Both the position numbers and the translations under genes were made by a program. This document shows, piece after piece, positions 1-13,440 of a DNA stretch of 64,000 nucleotides. The notes under the pieces were generated by a model. It saw only the letters and a program-made list of their open reading frames with translations. It did not search any database and was not told the DNA's origin. Each line of letters begins with the position of its first letter. The first letter of the stretch is position 1. The stretch is from Bigelowiella natans CCMP2755. Its lineage: Eukaryota; Protista; Cercozoa. The stretch lies in contig ADNK01000501.1 of NCBI GenBank assembly GCA_000320545.1, positions 124,001 through 188,000 on the forward strand, given 5' to 3'.

Positions 1-339
1 ATAATATATAGAAAGAGAGGAGTGCGAGGGGTGAGAGGAGGAGGGAGATGATAACTCTTTAGTTCTCTTCTTTCATTCTTTTGGTTTGCTAGGCTGGCCT
101 CCATCATTGCACGCACGCTCAACCACCTCTTCGTCATCGACCCATTTCGTTCCCCATTGGTGAGACCTGGGAGAAGATGCATAGCCTTGTATCAAGGGGC
201 AGAGAGAAGGAGAGGGAGGGGGAGAAAGAGAGGGAGAAAGAGGAAACAACTACCCCAATGAGAACTCAGTCGGACCATTGTCTTCAGTTGCATTTACCTG
301 ATCATAATTAATGAAAATATATTTAACAACGACGACGAC

Positions 340-376
<37 letters not shown>

Positions 377-2601
377 TGCCTACTAAACAAGTTGATGACT
401 GATCCACTTCGACTACCAGCATAACGAATTGGTTGATAGCGTATGGAGGCAGGTGCACGCCCTAATGATGTTAAAAGCAGTCATCATAAACGGTGAGAAG
501 ATGGAAGTGGGAAGATTATACAATTCATGCATGTTTTTGGGAAAAGTACTTAGCCGAGGTGAAGAAGATGGTTACAAAACAAAGTTTGAGATCCCATGCG
601 CATAAAATGTTGTTGGCCCTTATTCTTATTCTGTGCTACTACGAGTAATACTGCTGACACATGCATGCCCATAAAATCGCCAGCGGCGGACAAACAAATC
701 TGCGACAGCAGCACCTTCGTCTTATTGTGCACATCTCGCATTTGGAAGAAATCATCATTGGGAAAAAGAAGGCCTTTGCGGGAGTAGTGAGAAGGGGGAA
801 AAGGGGTCAATGTGAGGACCAACGACGTGTCCGGAGATGGAGGGGATAAGTAGACCGACGCCAACAATAACATTGTACCTGTGTCCCTGTGCCAATGTTG
901 AGGCTCATTACTTGCTCCCTCGTGGAGAGGGAGGGCCTTATATATATATATATATATATATATTAAATATATTTATATAGGAGGAGGAGGAGGCGGAGGA
1001 GGACGAGAGAGACCAACAAGCAGCGAAGGTAAGTACAATATAAACGCATGTTGGAACTACTCAACACTCAACACTCAACAAGCGAGAGCTTGCTTTTATT
1101 ATTTTTTAATGGAGAAATTGCAATGGCTGCAAGGGCAATACGATGACAAAAAATCAGCAACCCTCCCTCCCTCCCTCTATTACTCTTTCATCTCAGTCTC
1201 CATCGAGATAATACCGAAGAGAATACCTGGATTGCATGGATCGATTTGAGTTCTAATCGTTCCCCCAATATCCTTGCGTCAGAACAATGATTACACAACA
1301 TCGATTCAATGATGATTAGAATGATGAACGGCATATGATGATAATATGGGGTGTGTGACAGTGGTAGTCGCATAACACGCGCAATATCGACACCTCCTTA
1401 CAATTTAATCTGCACGCCATGTGGTAAAGTAGTGCATGGTTATGACTCTGTCTGTCATGTCACATTTCATTTCTAAGTGGCACTTGCTGCTGCTACCGTG
1501 AGAGTATGGGAAATGCAAAAGCGTTGGCAAGAAACTCGGGGTCCCCAAACCCCCCGACAGGGTGTAGCTATGTATATGCAGGGGAGCAGTGAAGAGGAGT
1601 GAGTCTGAGTCTATTGGCTCAATTCTTGGTTTAAAAACGTACGTTTCATGCAATTGGCTCATCTGTGGAAATTTTCCGGGAAAGCATCATGATTGAATTA
1701 GTTACCCGCATGTCGATCCTACCATCGTTGCGCTCTCTAAACACATGTCCTTGTTATGCAAAATAGAAGGAAGGAACACACACAGAGAGGGGGGGAGATG
1801 ATTATTGGTGCGAGCAAGCCAAGGCAACATGCGTCGACGTTGCATATTGATAAGTGAGAGAACACACCTTGAGTGAAAAACAACTCCTCCTGAATACCGG
1901 AAACATTCTCTTCCCAGAGATTTATCGGAGATCCGTGCGATATCATTGAACGTTCTAAGATTCCCCGTACACGACTACGACTGTGATTGTGTGTAATAAG
2001 TCCTTTGTTGAACGCCTATCCCCCCCCTTTTATAACCCTTATAAAAGAGCTCACCCTACCTTTGTAGGATCGGTTCCATCTCAGTGTTCAGATCGTCCCG
2101 AAATTTCTTCGTCTTCGCCGCTGATATAGCACCCTCTAGAGCTACCACGCCGCATTTCTGGAATATTTCCACTGCCTTTTGAAGCCGTCGTCTAGAAAGG
2201 CGCCCTAGGTGATGAGCGATAAGGATTAAAACCATGGAGCATATCAGTGGAATAAGACAAATTCAGGAGATTTTTTGTTCGAATGAAGATAGTCTGATTA
2301 GTGTTCTACCCTTTTCACGCTCCTTCTTCGAAACACGGAACACAATGCCTTTCTTCGAGCTACATCGTTGTTGCGAGTAACGCCATCCTCCCAATTCCTC
2401 TAATTTGCTTGTGTTGGATTGCCGACTGCTGTTCTTCATGCTAGTGTTACTGCTACCCTTCTCCAGCTCAGTAATCATCTTGTTAGATGACTGGGCTGCT
2501 TTCAGATTCGCTTCAGTCCTGCTCACCGGTAAAGCATTCGAGGAACCAAGAATGGCACAGCAGCAAACCAAAGCTCCGAGGGACACGCTGAATATTTTCA
2601 A
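1..2601 (-). CDS. Signal-peptide-bearing PhyH-like 2-oxoglutarate/Fe(II) dioxygenase (multi-exon; 3' end probably runs off the window)
   Basis: Spliced translation: MKIFSVSLGALVCCCAILGSSNALP (signal peptide) ... KAVEIFQKCGVVALEGAIS (2058-2208) ... RERNDGRIDMR ... RILGERLELKSIHAIQ|ALPLHEGASNEPQHWHRDTG (HxD motif, ~880-900) ... HLPPYAINQFVML|VNATEDNGPTEFSLG|SHQW. The last segment matches the PhyH-family 'NGpT...GSH' motif. Confidence 0.85.
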
Positions 2602-3019
2602 ACGAGTGTTTCAAGGATATAGTAGTCACAGGGAATCAGTGCATTACCCCAGTGTCAGGAACACCAAGTCTCTCTGCTCCAAGAAGTGTGCACCTGAACG
2701 TCATGATAATTATCAAAGTGCATTTCGCGGGGAGAGGATTTGGGCAGTCCCGCCAGACTGACACTCTCTGGAACGATATTTTCCCTTTGATTAGTGCAAA
2801 GAGACTACGTTTAAAAGATTTTGAGTTGCTTTCATCATTTTGATCCTCATGGTCGCGTTCAGCTAGTGTGCTCCGCGTATCTGCCACAACTGGGCCTCCT
2901 CCCCTTTTCCTTCGCCGACTCGGCATGAGAGAGGGCGGAGCGGAGGCTCTCCGATCGGAAGCGCTTCGTCGCGTGGTGTCTGTTATTTGGAATTGCGACT
3001 TCAATAGTACCATGGTCGC

Positions 3020-5133
3020 ATGCTCAAATTCCCCTTAAAAAGAACCATTTCGAGTGAATATGTCGCTGAGGCAAAATGCAAAGAATTTTCCCCCTGCGAC
3101 AATGATCTTACCATGTCGCTTGGGAATGATTTTGCCGAAACCACATTCCCCATCCCCTTGCCAATGGCTCTGCCTACAGAGCAAAGCCGGAAGCGATCTG
3201 TGTCACTGGGGATGGACACATCGGCTAAGAGCCAAAATGAAGGCCAATCGCTTCCTCCTAAATCTTCCCATCGGGTACATTACCATAGGAAAGCTGTGAG
3301 ATGGAGAAGGGGTTGCGGGCATCATCTTCCGCATGTCTGACCTGATACACATCCCTTACTTAATTCTATCCAGTCGATATCCGAGCATCATGCCACTAGC
3401 CATCTCAGCTGTACGAGACTTATTCTCCTACTGGGTATGATGATGCCAGCTTTGGGAGATCTGTCGCTGATTACCCGTTAAAAACATTACTCAACAAAGG
3501 GTGTCTGCATATTGTCAGGTACTCTGGTGCTTGTTGGAGCAGCTAACTTCGCCATGTTCAAGTCCATGTACAACGCATATGGGTACTCATAAATATTGGA
3601 CATTATTTACAAATGTCGTCGAGTAGTATGATGTAGTGACATACACCTCTAACTGTCATTCAGTGAGAAGAACGCCTACTTCGTCTCTCAAGGGGTGAAT
3701 CTACTTTACGTGGTATCTAAATATGACACAACTAAAATATGCCGCTTGAAACTAGCTTGAATCGAGATAGTCATATGTATGACGAATCGGTCCCTGTATT
3801 GTTGTCCTCTCTCCCCAAAAAGATATACGGAGGCTTGCTGGTCTACCCTCGACAAATATTCTGTGCGAAGGTAATTATAAGAATCATGGGTAGTAGTAGC
3901 AAGTATCTCCGCCAAGGGATGATATTTTGAATTTAATAGTACTAAGAAAGAATACAATCCTCCCAGCATACCTTTGGGAACGTTATCTGACTACTCTACA
4001 CAGAAGTGGCAATCAGATGTAACTGCATGTGCATCTATGTATTATCACATAAATATAATGTTCTCCCAGAAGGACTACGAGCCTATACGTCACCGAAGGC
4101 GAGGAAACGATAAGTCTCCTGCGCAGAGTTCAGATATAGACCCGAAGTTAAAGTTTCTTGTCATGGGTACAAACTAGTTTGAAGCAGGAGAAAAATAAAT
4201 ACTCATCCACATCATCATCGACAGGCATTTTAGATTGCTTCGGGACCTTCTTTACTGCAATGGGGGCCGTGTACACTCCGGGAGTATTCCAGGTAATAAT
4301 ACACAATAGTAAGTAATTTGGAAGATGAGCAAGAAATGATGGGCACGATGATTACTGATCTATGCCCAAGCGTCTTCATTAGAATCGCGGCAAGTAACGA
4401 CGACGACGACGACAGAGGATAGACTTACAATTTTTCTCATCCATTCTCTTAAAACATTTATGTTTTAATTATAGACGCTTTTAAATCAAACGTTGATTCC
4501 CTGCACGATGTTCTTCTCCTATCTAATCCTGAGGTTATCTGTAGTAAATAGTAATATTACTAATATATCAGTGCCAGCAGGCTAACAAGCTGCTGAAGGT
4601 GGTGGCGGTGGTGGTGGTGGTAGAGCGTGACACCTCTGCCCTCCCTCTTCCTTCTAATATTCTATTGTTATTCTTGAATAGGTCCCGATATAACCTCGTC
4701 CAGATGTCAGGAGCACTTGTCATCTTCTTAGGAGCTGCTGTTACAATATTGCCCGCGATTTTCAGCGAGACTGACAGAGCTAGTAAGCAGTTTCGCTGGT
4801 AATAAAAAGTGGGCTGCGTTGCTCGAAGATGTGTCGCTAAAGTGCCCAAAATGGGTTGTAGTGCGCGCGACTGTATGTGGTGTGTGCGTGTGTTCAACGT
4901 TTCGCGCCATAGTTCCACGTCGTCGTTAGCATTCTTCATATTGTCTTTCTGATTCGTGAAAACCACCGTATGAATGCGTTTCTATAGGTATGCTTGTCTT
5001 ATATACTTTTTCTCCAACGTACCGATGGCCATATCGTCGGTGAGTAAGTGAGTGAGTAAGCGAGTGCGTGGGTGAGTGATGAGGAATACTCGAGGGAGGA
5101 CATCTACATACACCCCTTCTAATACAGCAGATA

Positions 5134-5179
<46 letters not shown>

Positions 5180-7654
5180 GAAGAGAAATGAATTTCATTT
5201 TTATACGATTTCATGTCGAATACGTACATGTAAAATTAGTTTATAATCGTATATGTGCGTGTGTGCGTGAGTGCGTGTGTGTTGATATAAAATGTGCTAA
5301 TATTTGTATACAATAAATGCCAACTGTGTTCCATTCTATATGCAGGTTTACAAGGAAATGAGCTTCCGTAACCAGAAGATTGACGTTTTGTAAGTACAAT
5401 TCGTAGTTAGTAGTCGTGGCCATAGTCTCTTCACGCATATGCATTCGCACACTCTCACTTACTGATAAAACACACACATGCACAGCTACCTGACGCAGTG
5501 GGTGTCGATATTCCAACTTCTCGTCGGTTTCGTCCTCGCCCCGTTACAAAATCTTCCGGGTAAATCTACCAGACAGTACGTTACGTGTGTGTGTATAATA
5601 AATGGCCACAGCTCATTCTCCTCACCCTCCCTTTCCCTCTTGAATTGAGAAACGCTGCTTTGAGATTAGCCTGAGAAGCATCAATCAGCAGAAGAGTTGA
5701 GTAGCACTTCTCACGACAATCATTATTGATTATTTATTAGGGTTTGGTACAAGTGCATACGGAGATGCCCCTGACATTTGGACTCAACTTCGTCGCGTAA
5801 TAATACAAAGAGGGGGAAAACGTTAGCATTAGCAGGAAGAAGGGAGAAGGAGAGCAAGTGCGGGGGCACAAAGCGGACGCTGCTCAAATGCGATTGCGAG
5901 CTAATAGCTGTGCTTTCCTCTCTTCCTCTTCTTTCTTTGTTCTTCAATGAGCAGGGGAAAGACTGTTGGCTGGAGATAAGTAAACAGTGCGAAGCTAAAT
6001 CTACATTCTGGTCTCCTCCCCCACTCATCTCTCCTTACTCCACATGAAAATCATCGTCGTCATCGTCGTTGTCATCATACGATAAAACTACTCAGGCTGC
6101 TTCCCGGTTATGTTGGAATAAACTTCGTCTTCAATACTCTTGGATTGTAATATCATCTTTTTTTACTCGGTGAGGAGACATAATCTTCATCCACATACAT
6201 ACCCGACAGGTATTTAACCAAGAGGAGTAGTGCGGTGCTCACTTCGATCGCGTAAGATGCCATTCTTCTTCTTCCTTTTCTTCTTCTTCTTCTTCAACCC
6301 TCCCTTCCCGCATTTCCCTCCAATTTACCACCTTGCTCGTCTTGACGTAAATATTGCTACGAACCAGGCCATAGTAACTCCGTAGAAAAACAACCAATTT
6401 CTTATGCATCTCGACAGATACGCGCTCCTTCTCCCTGTCACGACGATAACGTTCTCCCTCGATATCCTGGTATTCTCTCTTTCTTTCTCACATCCAGCTG
6501 CATTATATATTAATACTTCATTCTCTCTTCCCCTCCCTCCTTCTTTTCCGCTCATTTCTGAAAAGGGGGCTTACCAAGAGAAGATTACAAAGTTTACTTG
6601 GATAGGTTGCTGAACTACTTCACAAAGGGAGGAAGGGAGGGATGAGGGGTGGGATGATGGAAAGGGTATGCTGCTCAATCTGATGACACGATGCGATGAA
6701 TTTAGGGCTGTCGTTGACCATCTCTGGATTTCTGCTTTACCGGTGGGCAACACCTCGATCAAGAGCAGCAAGAAAGAAGAAGGTGATTTACACCAAGGCC
6801 GCTCCGTTTCGAGATCGGTCGGGCTGCTCGGTTTTAGTTCTCACAGAACCGAGAACAATAGTATTGGGAATGGTGGTGTCGTTAAAGACGATGCCCTCCT
6901 CCTTTTGTCTGGTTTTTTTCTTTCTTCTATTTACTCGACGTCGAGACTAGTGTCTAGATTCGACTTCTATACACGTGTCTCCCCCCCCCTGTTCGTTGTG
7001 ACACTGATGCATGCATGCATTCAGCTGCGGCGATCGACCTCCGCCCCCAGCGACGCTAACGCAGAGGAATCTAATCGAGTAGTGGGCAAAGCAGCCGAAA
7101 AAGTAGCCAAAGCAACTACGACGACAGTGCCGACAGAAATCGTCGCAGGGCGACGACGCTTGCCCTCCCCTGAGATATCGGAGAATCATGCAGCAGTATT
7201 CTCTAGTGTTGCTCATGCTGGGGGGGGAAGGGTGGTTGAAGGAAAGGATTCCCCGACCATTCTCTGCGGTGGCGTCGAGAGACTCGGCGATGTTTTCAAT
7301 ATGGAGAGGGGGAGGAGGAATCCTGCCGTCGACGGAGATGATGATGCTGATAGCAGCATAGCTGGGGGGGGAAGAACATTGCCTGGAACACCGAAAATCG
7401 GTAAACATTTTAAGTAGGTCTACGCACTAAACAACCTTCAAACTGTCGTGAAAGCACTCTGCATGGCTGCAGCAATAGCAATATCAACAGGAATTTGCAA
7501 AAGACACACTGTTTTGTACCCTGCTGTATACAGCGTTTCGTCAACTGGGATCATCCTTAATCAAGCCTGTCTGTCTTATGTAAAAATTGAAACATATCTC
7601 AGGATTCCAGGAGAGAACTGGGGCCTTCAACATAGTAGAATTCACGGACACAGA

Positions 7655-7704
<50 letters not shown>

Positions 7705-7880
7705 TAAATTTCAGAAGATGTTTTTCGTCTCGTGATTATAAGTCATCGTGCATATGTGTTATCAGGGTACGATTCTGAGAGATCTCTAAACTTTGAGTAT
7801 AAACGGGACATCAATGAACGCAGTGCCATCATCACAAGGCAATATCACTATTTCACAGACCAAAATCGACTGCTTTATTG

Positions 7881-7925
<45 letters not shown>

Positions 7926-8022
7926 AACACTACCATATGTGCCCACTCTTATTCTTTTTGCAGGAAAGAAAGTAGGGAATCGAATTCGAACCAGCCGCAG
8001 TATGGAAGCTGTAGCTAGTTAA
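3020..8022 (+). CDS. CRT-like (chloroquine-resistance-transporter family, DMT superfamily) multi-pass membrane transporter
   Basis: Joined exons: GTLVLVGAANFAMFKSMYNAYG|EKNAYFVSQGVNLLY ... DCFGTFFTAMGAVYTPGVFQ|TLLNQTLIPCTMFFSYLILR|SRYNLVQMSGALVIFLGAAV ... VYKEMSFRNQKIDVF|YLTQWVSIFQLLVGFVLAPLQNLPG ... YVGINFVFNTLGL|YLTKRSSAVLTSIA|YALLLPVT. About 10 TM helices with CRT/CLT-type motifs and long hydrophilic termini. Start and last exons are less certain. Confidence 0.8.
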
Positions 8023-8557
8023 GGGCTGAAGCTATCGTCGTAACGTGGCGCAGTGTGATTTTTATTACATGTAGCTGCTTTGTAAATAACTGACATGCGA
8101 GACCTCAAGATAAATACGGCTAATATGCTAGTATGCTACCTGGCTAGCTGGCCAGGTGGTGTTATAATTGCTAACCAAATTTTAGGCGAAGAATGTCTAG
8201 TCTATCTAGCTAAGCTATTTAAGCATATAATGCTGTGTGGTCTAGTGGTGCGCTGGAAATAGCTGTACCTTCTAGCGTTGTATAGTTGTATACATGTTGT
8301 ACCATGCTAGCATGATGCCGGTTTTGCACGCAACTCGATCGGTAGCGGCTCTCTACATCGTGAGTTGTCGCATTATGCCTGCGTGCTAGCATTGCTAAGC
8401 TATATAGCCCATCTGCGGTGCGCATAGCTGAATAGTTTATTTCAACATGACACTATTTCTGATCGCTAGATCGACATCAATTGGCGAACCCATCTTCGAT
8501 CAATGAACAACAACAAGCGTCTACACATTTCAGTCAACTCCATTGCGTTCTTATTGT

Positions 8558-11176
8558 TCAATTTTTGACATCATCAACGAAGCGCCGTGTAGTCATCAAT
8601 GACTCATTTAACAAGTCGACCAAATAGTACGGCTTGTTTCTAATCACGCGGCGAGCATCGTTTATATCAATATATTTCTTGTGCATTTTCTGAAGGAGAA
8701 GGAACGCGGTTTGGGGATTCTTGTATTTGTTACTCTCCTTGAAATGCTTGGACGCTGATATCAAACGCAAATTCACACAGATTCACACACACACACACAC
8801 ACACACAAGTAGTGACCACAATACTGAATGAAATTGAAACTGGGAAGAAGCATCAACCATGAAAATGTGGGACGTACCGTACAGTTTAGTGAAATGCTTG
8901 TGCTTAATTCCGTCTTCTATTAGCTTCTCAAAGTTTGAATCTTTGAAAGCATATGCCCGCATCTTGAAGAATTTCTCAAATAATCTCCAGCGCCAAACGT
9001 TCAGCATTAGGTCCTCTTTCTATTAAAGAATGAATGAATTGTCAGCCCGTGAATAACATACGAAGAACAATGAAAAAAAAGGCAACACACATCTACCAAA
9101 AACCATACATTGGAGTCGAAGCCCTGCAGCTGGATCGGTTTTGTGGATGTTGTAAGAATGTGTAGTCTCGGGCTTAGATCCATTAAATCCGTGAAGAGCT
9201 TCTCTCGATCTTCGATTTTCACTTCATCTGCGCCATCGATGATCTGGATAGATGAATTTTGTTTAATAATGCCAGCAATTTAAGTTTTAGAGAAAGTAAA
9301 AGCGAGTTGTGACACACCATGAGTACGGGACGATCGGAAATTGTCAGAAAGAATCTCTTGATTCTCTCGTAAGGATCTAGCTTTCCAGCTTTCTCCGTGT
9401 ATAAATACTTCATATCGGGAAGATTCATGAGGTTTTGCACCACTTCATTCCGACTCTTTCCGCCTGAAACCTGTGTGTGGAGATCGTTGAGGAAAATACA
9501 GTCTTAATGCAGATATTTCAATTCGTGGGTGATTTAATACATCTGGTTTCTACCCAAAAGATGCCGTCAGGTCCTTCTACGTCATAGTGCTTCAGACGCC
9601 AGGCTACATACTTTGCTGCTGAGGTCTTTCCAACCTTGCTTGGCCCTGTGAGTTGCACCCAGCGATGACGCGTTGAGTTCTCTTGATCACGTTGTACAGC
9701 CGTGAATAGATTCCTTTGGAGCTGCAAGTAGTGATCAACCGCCCACTTTAGCTGTTTCAGGAAAGGGGCTGGATGAAAGTATTGCGGGAGAGCAGGAAGC
9801 CAGCTCTTTAGTTTTGCGGGGGGAGGAGAATACGGTTTGAACGAGAATCTGACGTCATGGTTCCCGTCTTTGGGCAGCAAAAGATACTTTTTGACCTCCT
9901 CATTCAGACGTTTTGCCTTTCGAAGTAGCTCCTTATGTTGACTCGTATGTGTTTCATGGCCCTTCGATTGTTTAGTATAGGTACTGGCCATATCCTTCAG
10001 TTGTTGCTTCGCAGCTTCAAAGGAGGTCAAAACAGCATCCCCACCTAACAACCTCTCGAAAAAGACCGTCTGGAATATTCGTACGGCTTTATCGCCCAAT
10101 AACTCTTCTTCGCTGCATACTATTATATGGTCAACCGCTTTTAACCGAACAAGTACTTGAGCTACCGCTTCGCTCTTGCACGCAGCCAGCATCAATATCT
10201 TCAACGAGCACGTCGGCGTTTTCTTCGCCTCCATTATCATTTTAGTAAACTCATCAGACTTCACATAAACAGCCTTTCCTTGAGGAACATCGTTTTCAAA
10301 TTGGAGGCCATGTTCACCATGACAGCCCACTAGCATCGCAAAGCAATCAGATCGTAAAGCTCTTTTCATATTTTCTTTGGAAGCTCTCCATCTGGACATG
10401 TGAAGTTGGCAGTCCTCGTTATCAGCGCCACATCCGCTATTGACGCTGACGACTTTGCTCATGTCTTCCATCATTTCGCCGTCTTTCTCTAGTTGCAAGA
10501 TGGAGTGCATGTTGTTCAAGGGCAAAGCAAATACGAATGCCAAGTGGGCGGGTACCTCGATATCATTGTCAAAATGAAGTTTAGACCATCTGCATTGAAT
10601 CTCTGGTCGGACAACATAGAGAAAGAGGGTGAAGGAGAGAGATAGAGAGGGAGAGAGATAAATAGAGAGAGAGAGAGAGAGAGAGAAGCGTGTACTGCAA
10701 TTGGACACAGCAGTTCAAATCGCATGCACACGTTCCTACCTCGTCGCTCGTAAGCGGCCGCACCCACGCTTCTACTTTCGCATCAAAATTACTAGCATTT
10801 TTAGCCTCTCGAAGCTGCGGACCTCGCTCCACCCACATCAGCTCAACATACCTGTACAATGGGGGATTGCTTACCGCTTACAACCAAGAAAATGAACATT
10901 GTGCGATGACGAACAATCTCGCCCATTTTGCACGGATGGAGTGGTAAACAATTATGCGGATAAGAAAAAGATGATTTGCAAGGCATGTGCTATGAATACT
11001 GTTGCGAATCTGTACGTACTCTTCGAAGGTTATCCCCCCCCTCTTCGTAGCTGATGTGGGTAGACTTTTCATGCGTTTACTTCTGCATTGGGCGCTCTCC
11101 GAAGGATACAGTTGCTGCAGAGAGAAACTAATATGAGCTCCTATCCGATCTCATTAGCATATCAATTTATTTCTTG

Positions 11177-11214
<38 letters not shown>

Positions 11215-11669
11215 CGATTCATGCCATGATGTTGAGAGTTCTCACCTCGATGTGTTTCATTACAGTCTTGAGCTGAATGAGCCTTTTGCTGTCATCGCCC
11301 GATGAAGGCTCACATATATCGAATGTGTAACTGAAGTAATCGAAATACAGAGGTTACCTCATTATGTAATGATGCGGTATATATGCTCATCCTATCATCA
11401 CGATCATGATGATTGTGCCCACCTCTTAGCTGTTACAATCTCCTCTCCATCTCACATCATAATTCAATTAACTCTCCATTTGCACATTAGCGCATGCGCA
11501 ACCTACCGTAGTATACGGTGCTTGCTGAAGAGCTCGTAGAACGGTTCCCAAGACCGGAAATCAGCCATTTCGACATTCCTGGAGTTCGTCTTGGAGACAA
11601 TTCTCGTTAGTTTATTCTCGCAGGCCTTTCTCCAGTTGTCATAGTCAACGGTATGCGTCATTGTGCTAC

Positions 11670-11726
<57 letters not shown>

Positions 11727-11764
11727 TAGTCAGAGATAGTCAACGGTATGCGTCATTGTGCTAC

Positions 11765-11804
<40 letters not shown>

Positions 11805-11832
11805 TCAACGGTATGCGTCATTGTGCTACATT

Positions 11833-11874
<42 letters not shown>

Positions 11875-12287
11875 GAGAAAGGGAGAGAGAAAGTTGCATT
11901 ATTTATATCGTACCACAGAACTAAATCGCGAGAAAACGACGATTACTCGCTGCTTATATATGACCCTGCTAGCGACTACCTCTACTCTTCGCTACTTACT
12001 ACTACAAACGCACCGATTGAACAAAATGACATCAAACTCGGCAGCCTCACTGTCTTGGTACGGCCACGTGTGAATGCCATTGGCAATCTCGAGGATGAAT
12101 TGCAATATCCTGCGCACATAAAGACGCAGTCACGTTCGTGTTCATTCCCAAAATCTGGGGTAATATAATCGGTATAAATACGATGTCTAGGCACCTCGCG
12201 CAGTCTTCAGTTTCCGACAGAATTTCGATGTCTACTGACATCACACGACGGCTGCGCCCCCTCCTCCTGGCAAGATAGTTATGGCGG

Positions 12288-12329
<42 letters not shown>

Positions 12330-13401
12330 TGTGGTTGTGTTGTTACAAAAAGACCCTTTCTTCCTCTGAAGCATAGTGGTACTAACTCGGAAATGCACGG
12401 GTTCTAGATATAATTCAGCTTCGCCTCTGACGAAAACCTGACAAAAGCATGTATATGAAGAGGGATTGTCAGCAAGAAATAAACGTCAATTTCGAATAGA
12501 CGCACCAACAAGAAAAGAAAAACGAAATGAGTTGTACCTGCTGCTCCAGTTTGAATGGAACCGTCATACCTTCTGGTATTAGATAAATTATGCGTTTGAA
12601 ATAGAGCTTGACGTATTTTAAAAATTCCATGATGATGACGATGATGATAATAGTCAACATTAGACACCTTTTCGAAGCCGTTTTGTACGCTCAGTATTGG
12701 ATGAAAGCTCAGAAACTACGCAATACGAAAACACACACACACACACGCACACACGCACAAATGTAATTATTCGCAAAAGCGTAGTTACTTTTGAGAGGTT
12801 CTTTTTCGTTTAACATCGTTACTAATGGGGAAATGTGAAATATCAGCGTAACTACCGATGCTTCCGACGAGAATATCATGATAGGAATGCGGCCTGAGGC
12901 GTTTAAAGCGCAGCGAAAACTTCCCCATCACTTTGTACTCTTTCCTCTCTCTAGATGTCGAATCTTTCATCATCGAAGGCACCAGATACTTGTCTGTGCC
13001 CCCGATCTTGCAGAGTATCATGAACCTATTTAAAGCAGAAGGAAACGAAACTTATGACATGGAATACATTTACATCGAATCGAAGGCGAGAAATCTGCTT
13101 CTCTCATCGCAATCGATGAGTAATATTACTCTTTTATGTAATTTAATTACAATACAACCACCCACATCTCTCGTGTTTTGCGCTTAGCATGAATGCATGC
13201 ATGTGCTACTTCTCCAGGATGTTGCGCCCATATTCGTATAGCCTCATCTTCTCCAGCTCCTCTGCTGTGACTTTGCTGTCTTCATCGTGGCCCTCCTCAG
13301 TGAGCAGTGGCTTTGGGCAACGCCACAGGTGTCTCAACACTGCCTCGTGGATGATGACTCCTTCATCAACAAACCTATGTGTGTATGTGTGTGTGTGTGT
13401 G

Positions 13402-13440
<39 letters not shown>

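Noticed and set aside
11663-12073. RE-repeat ORF, and similar poly-Y, poly-S, LS and CV ORFs throughout the window
   Set aside because: Translations of intronic microsatellites.
11990-12155. Coding-looking segment inside the Roco gene (DFGNEHERDCVF...)
   Set aside because: Its splice phase is incompatible with the flanking exons, which join in frame without it. Left as intron pending cDNA.
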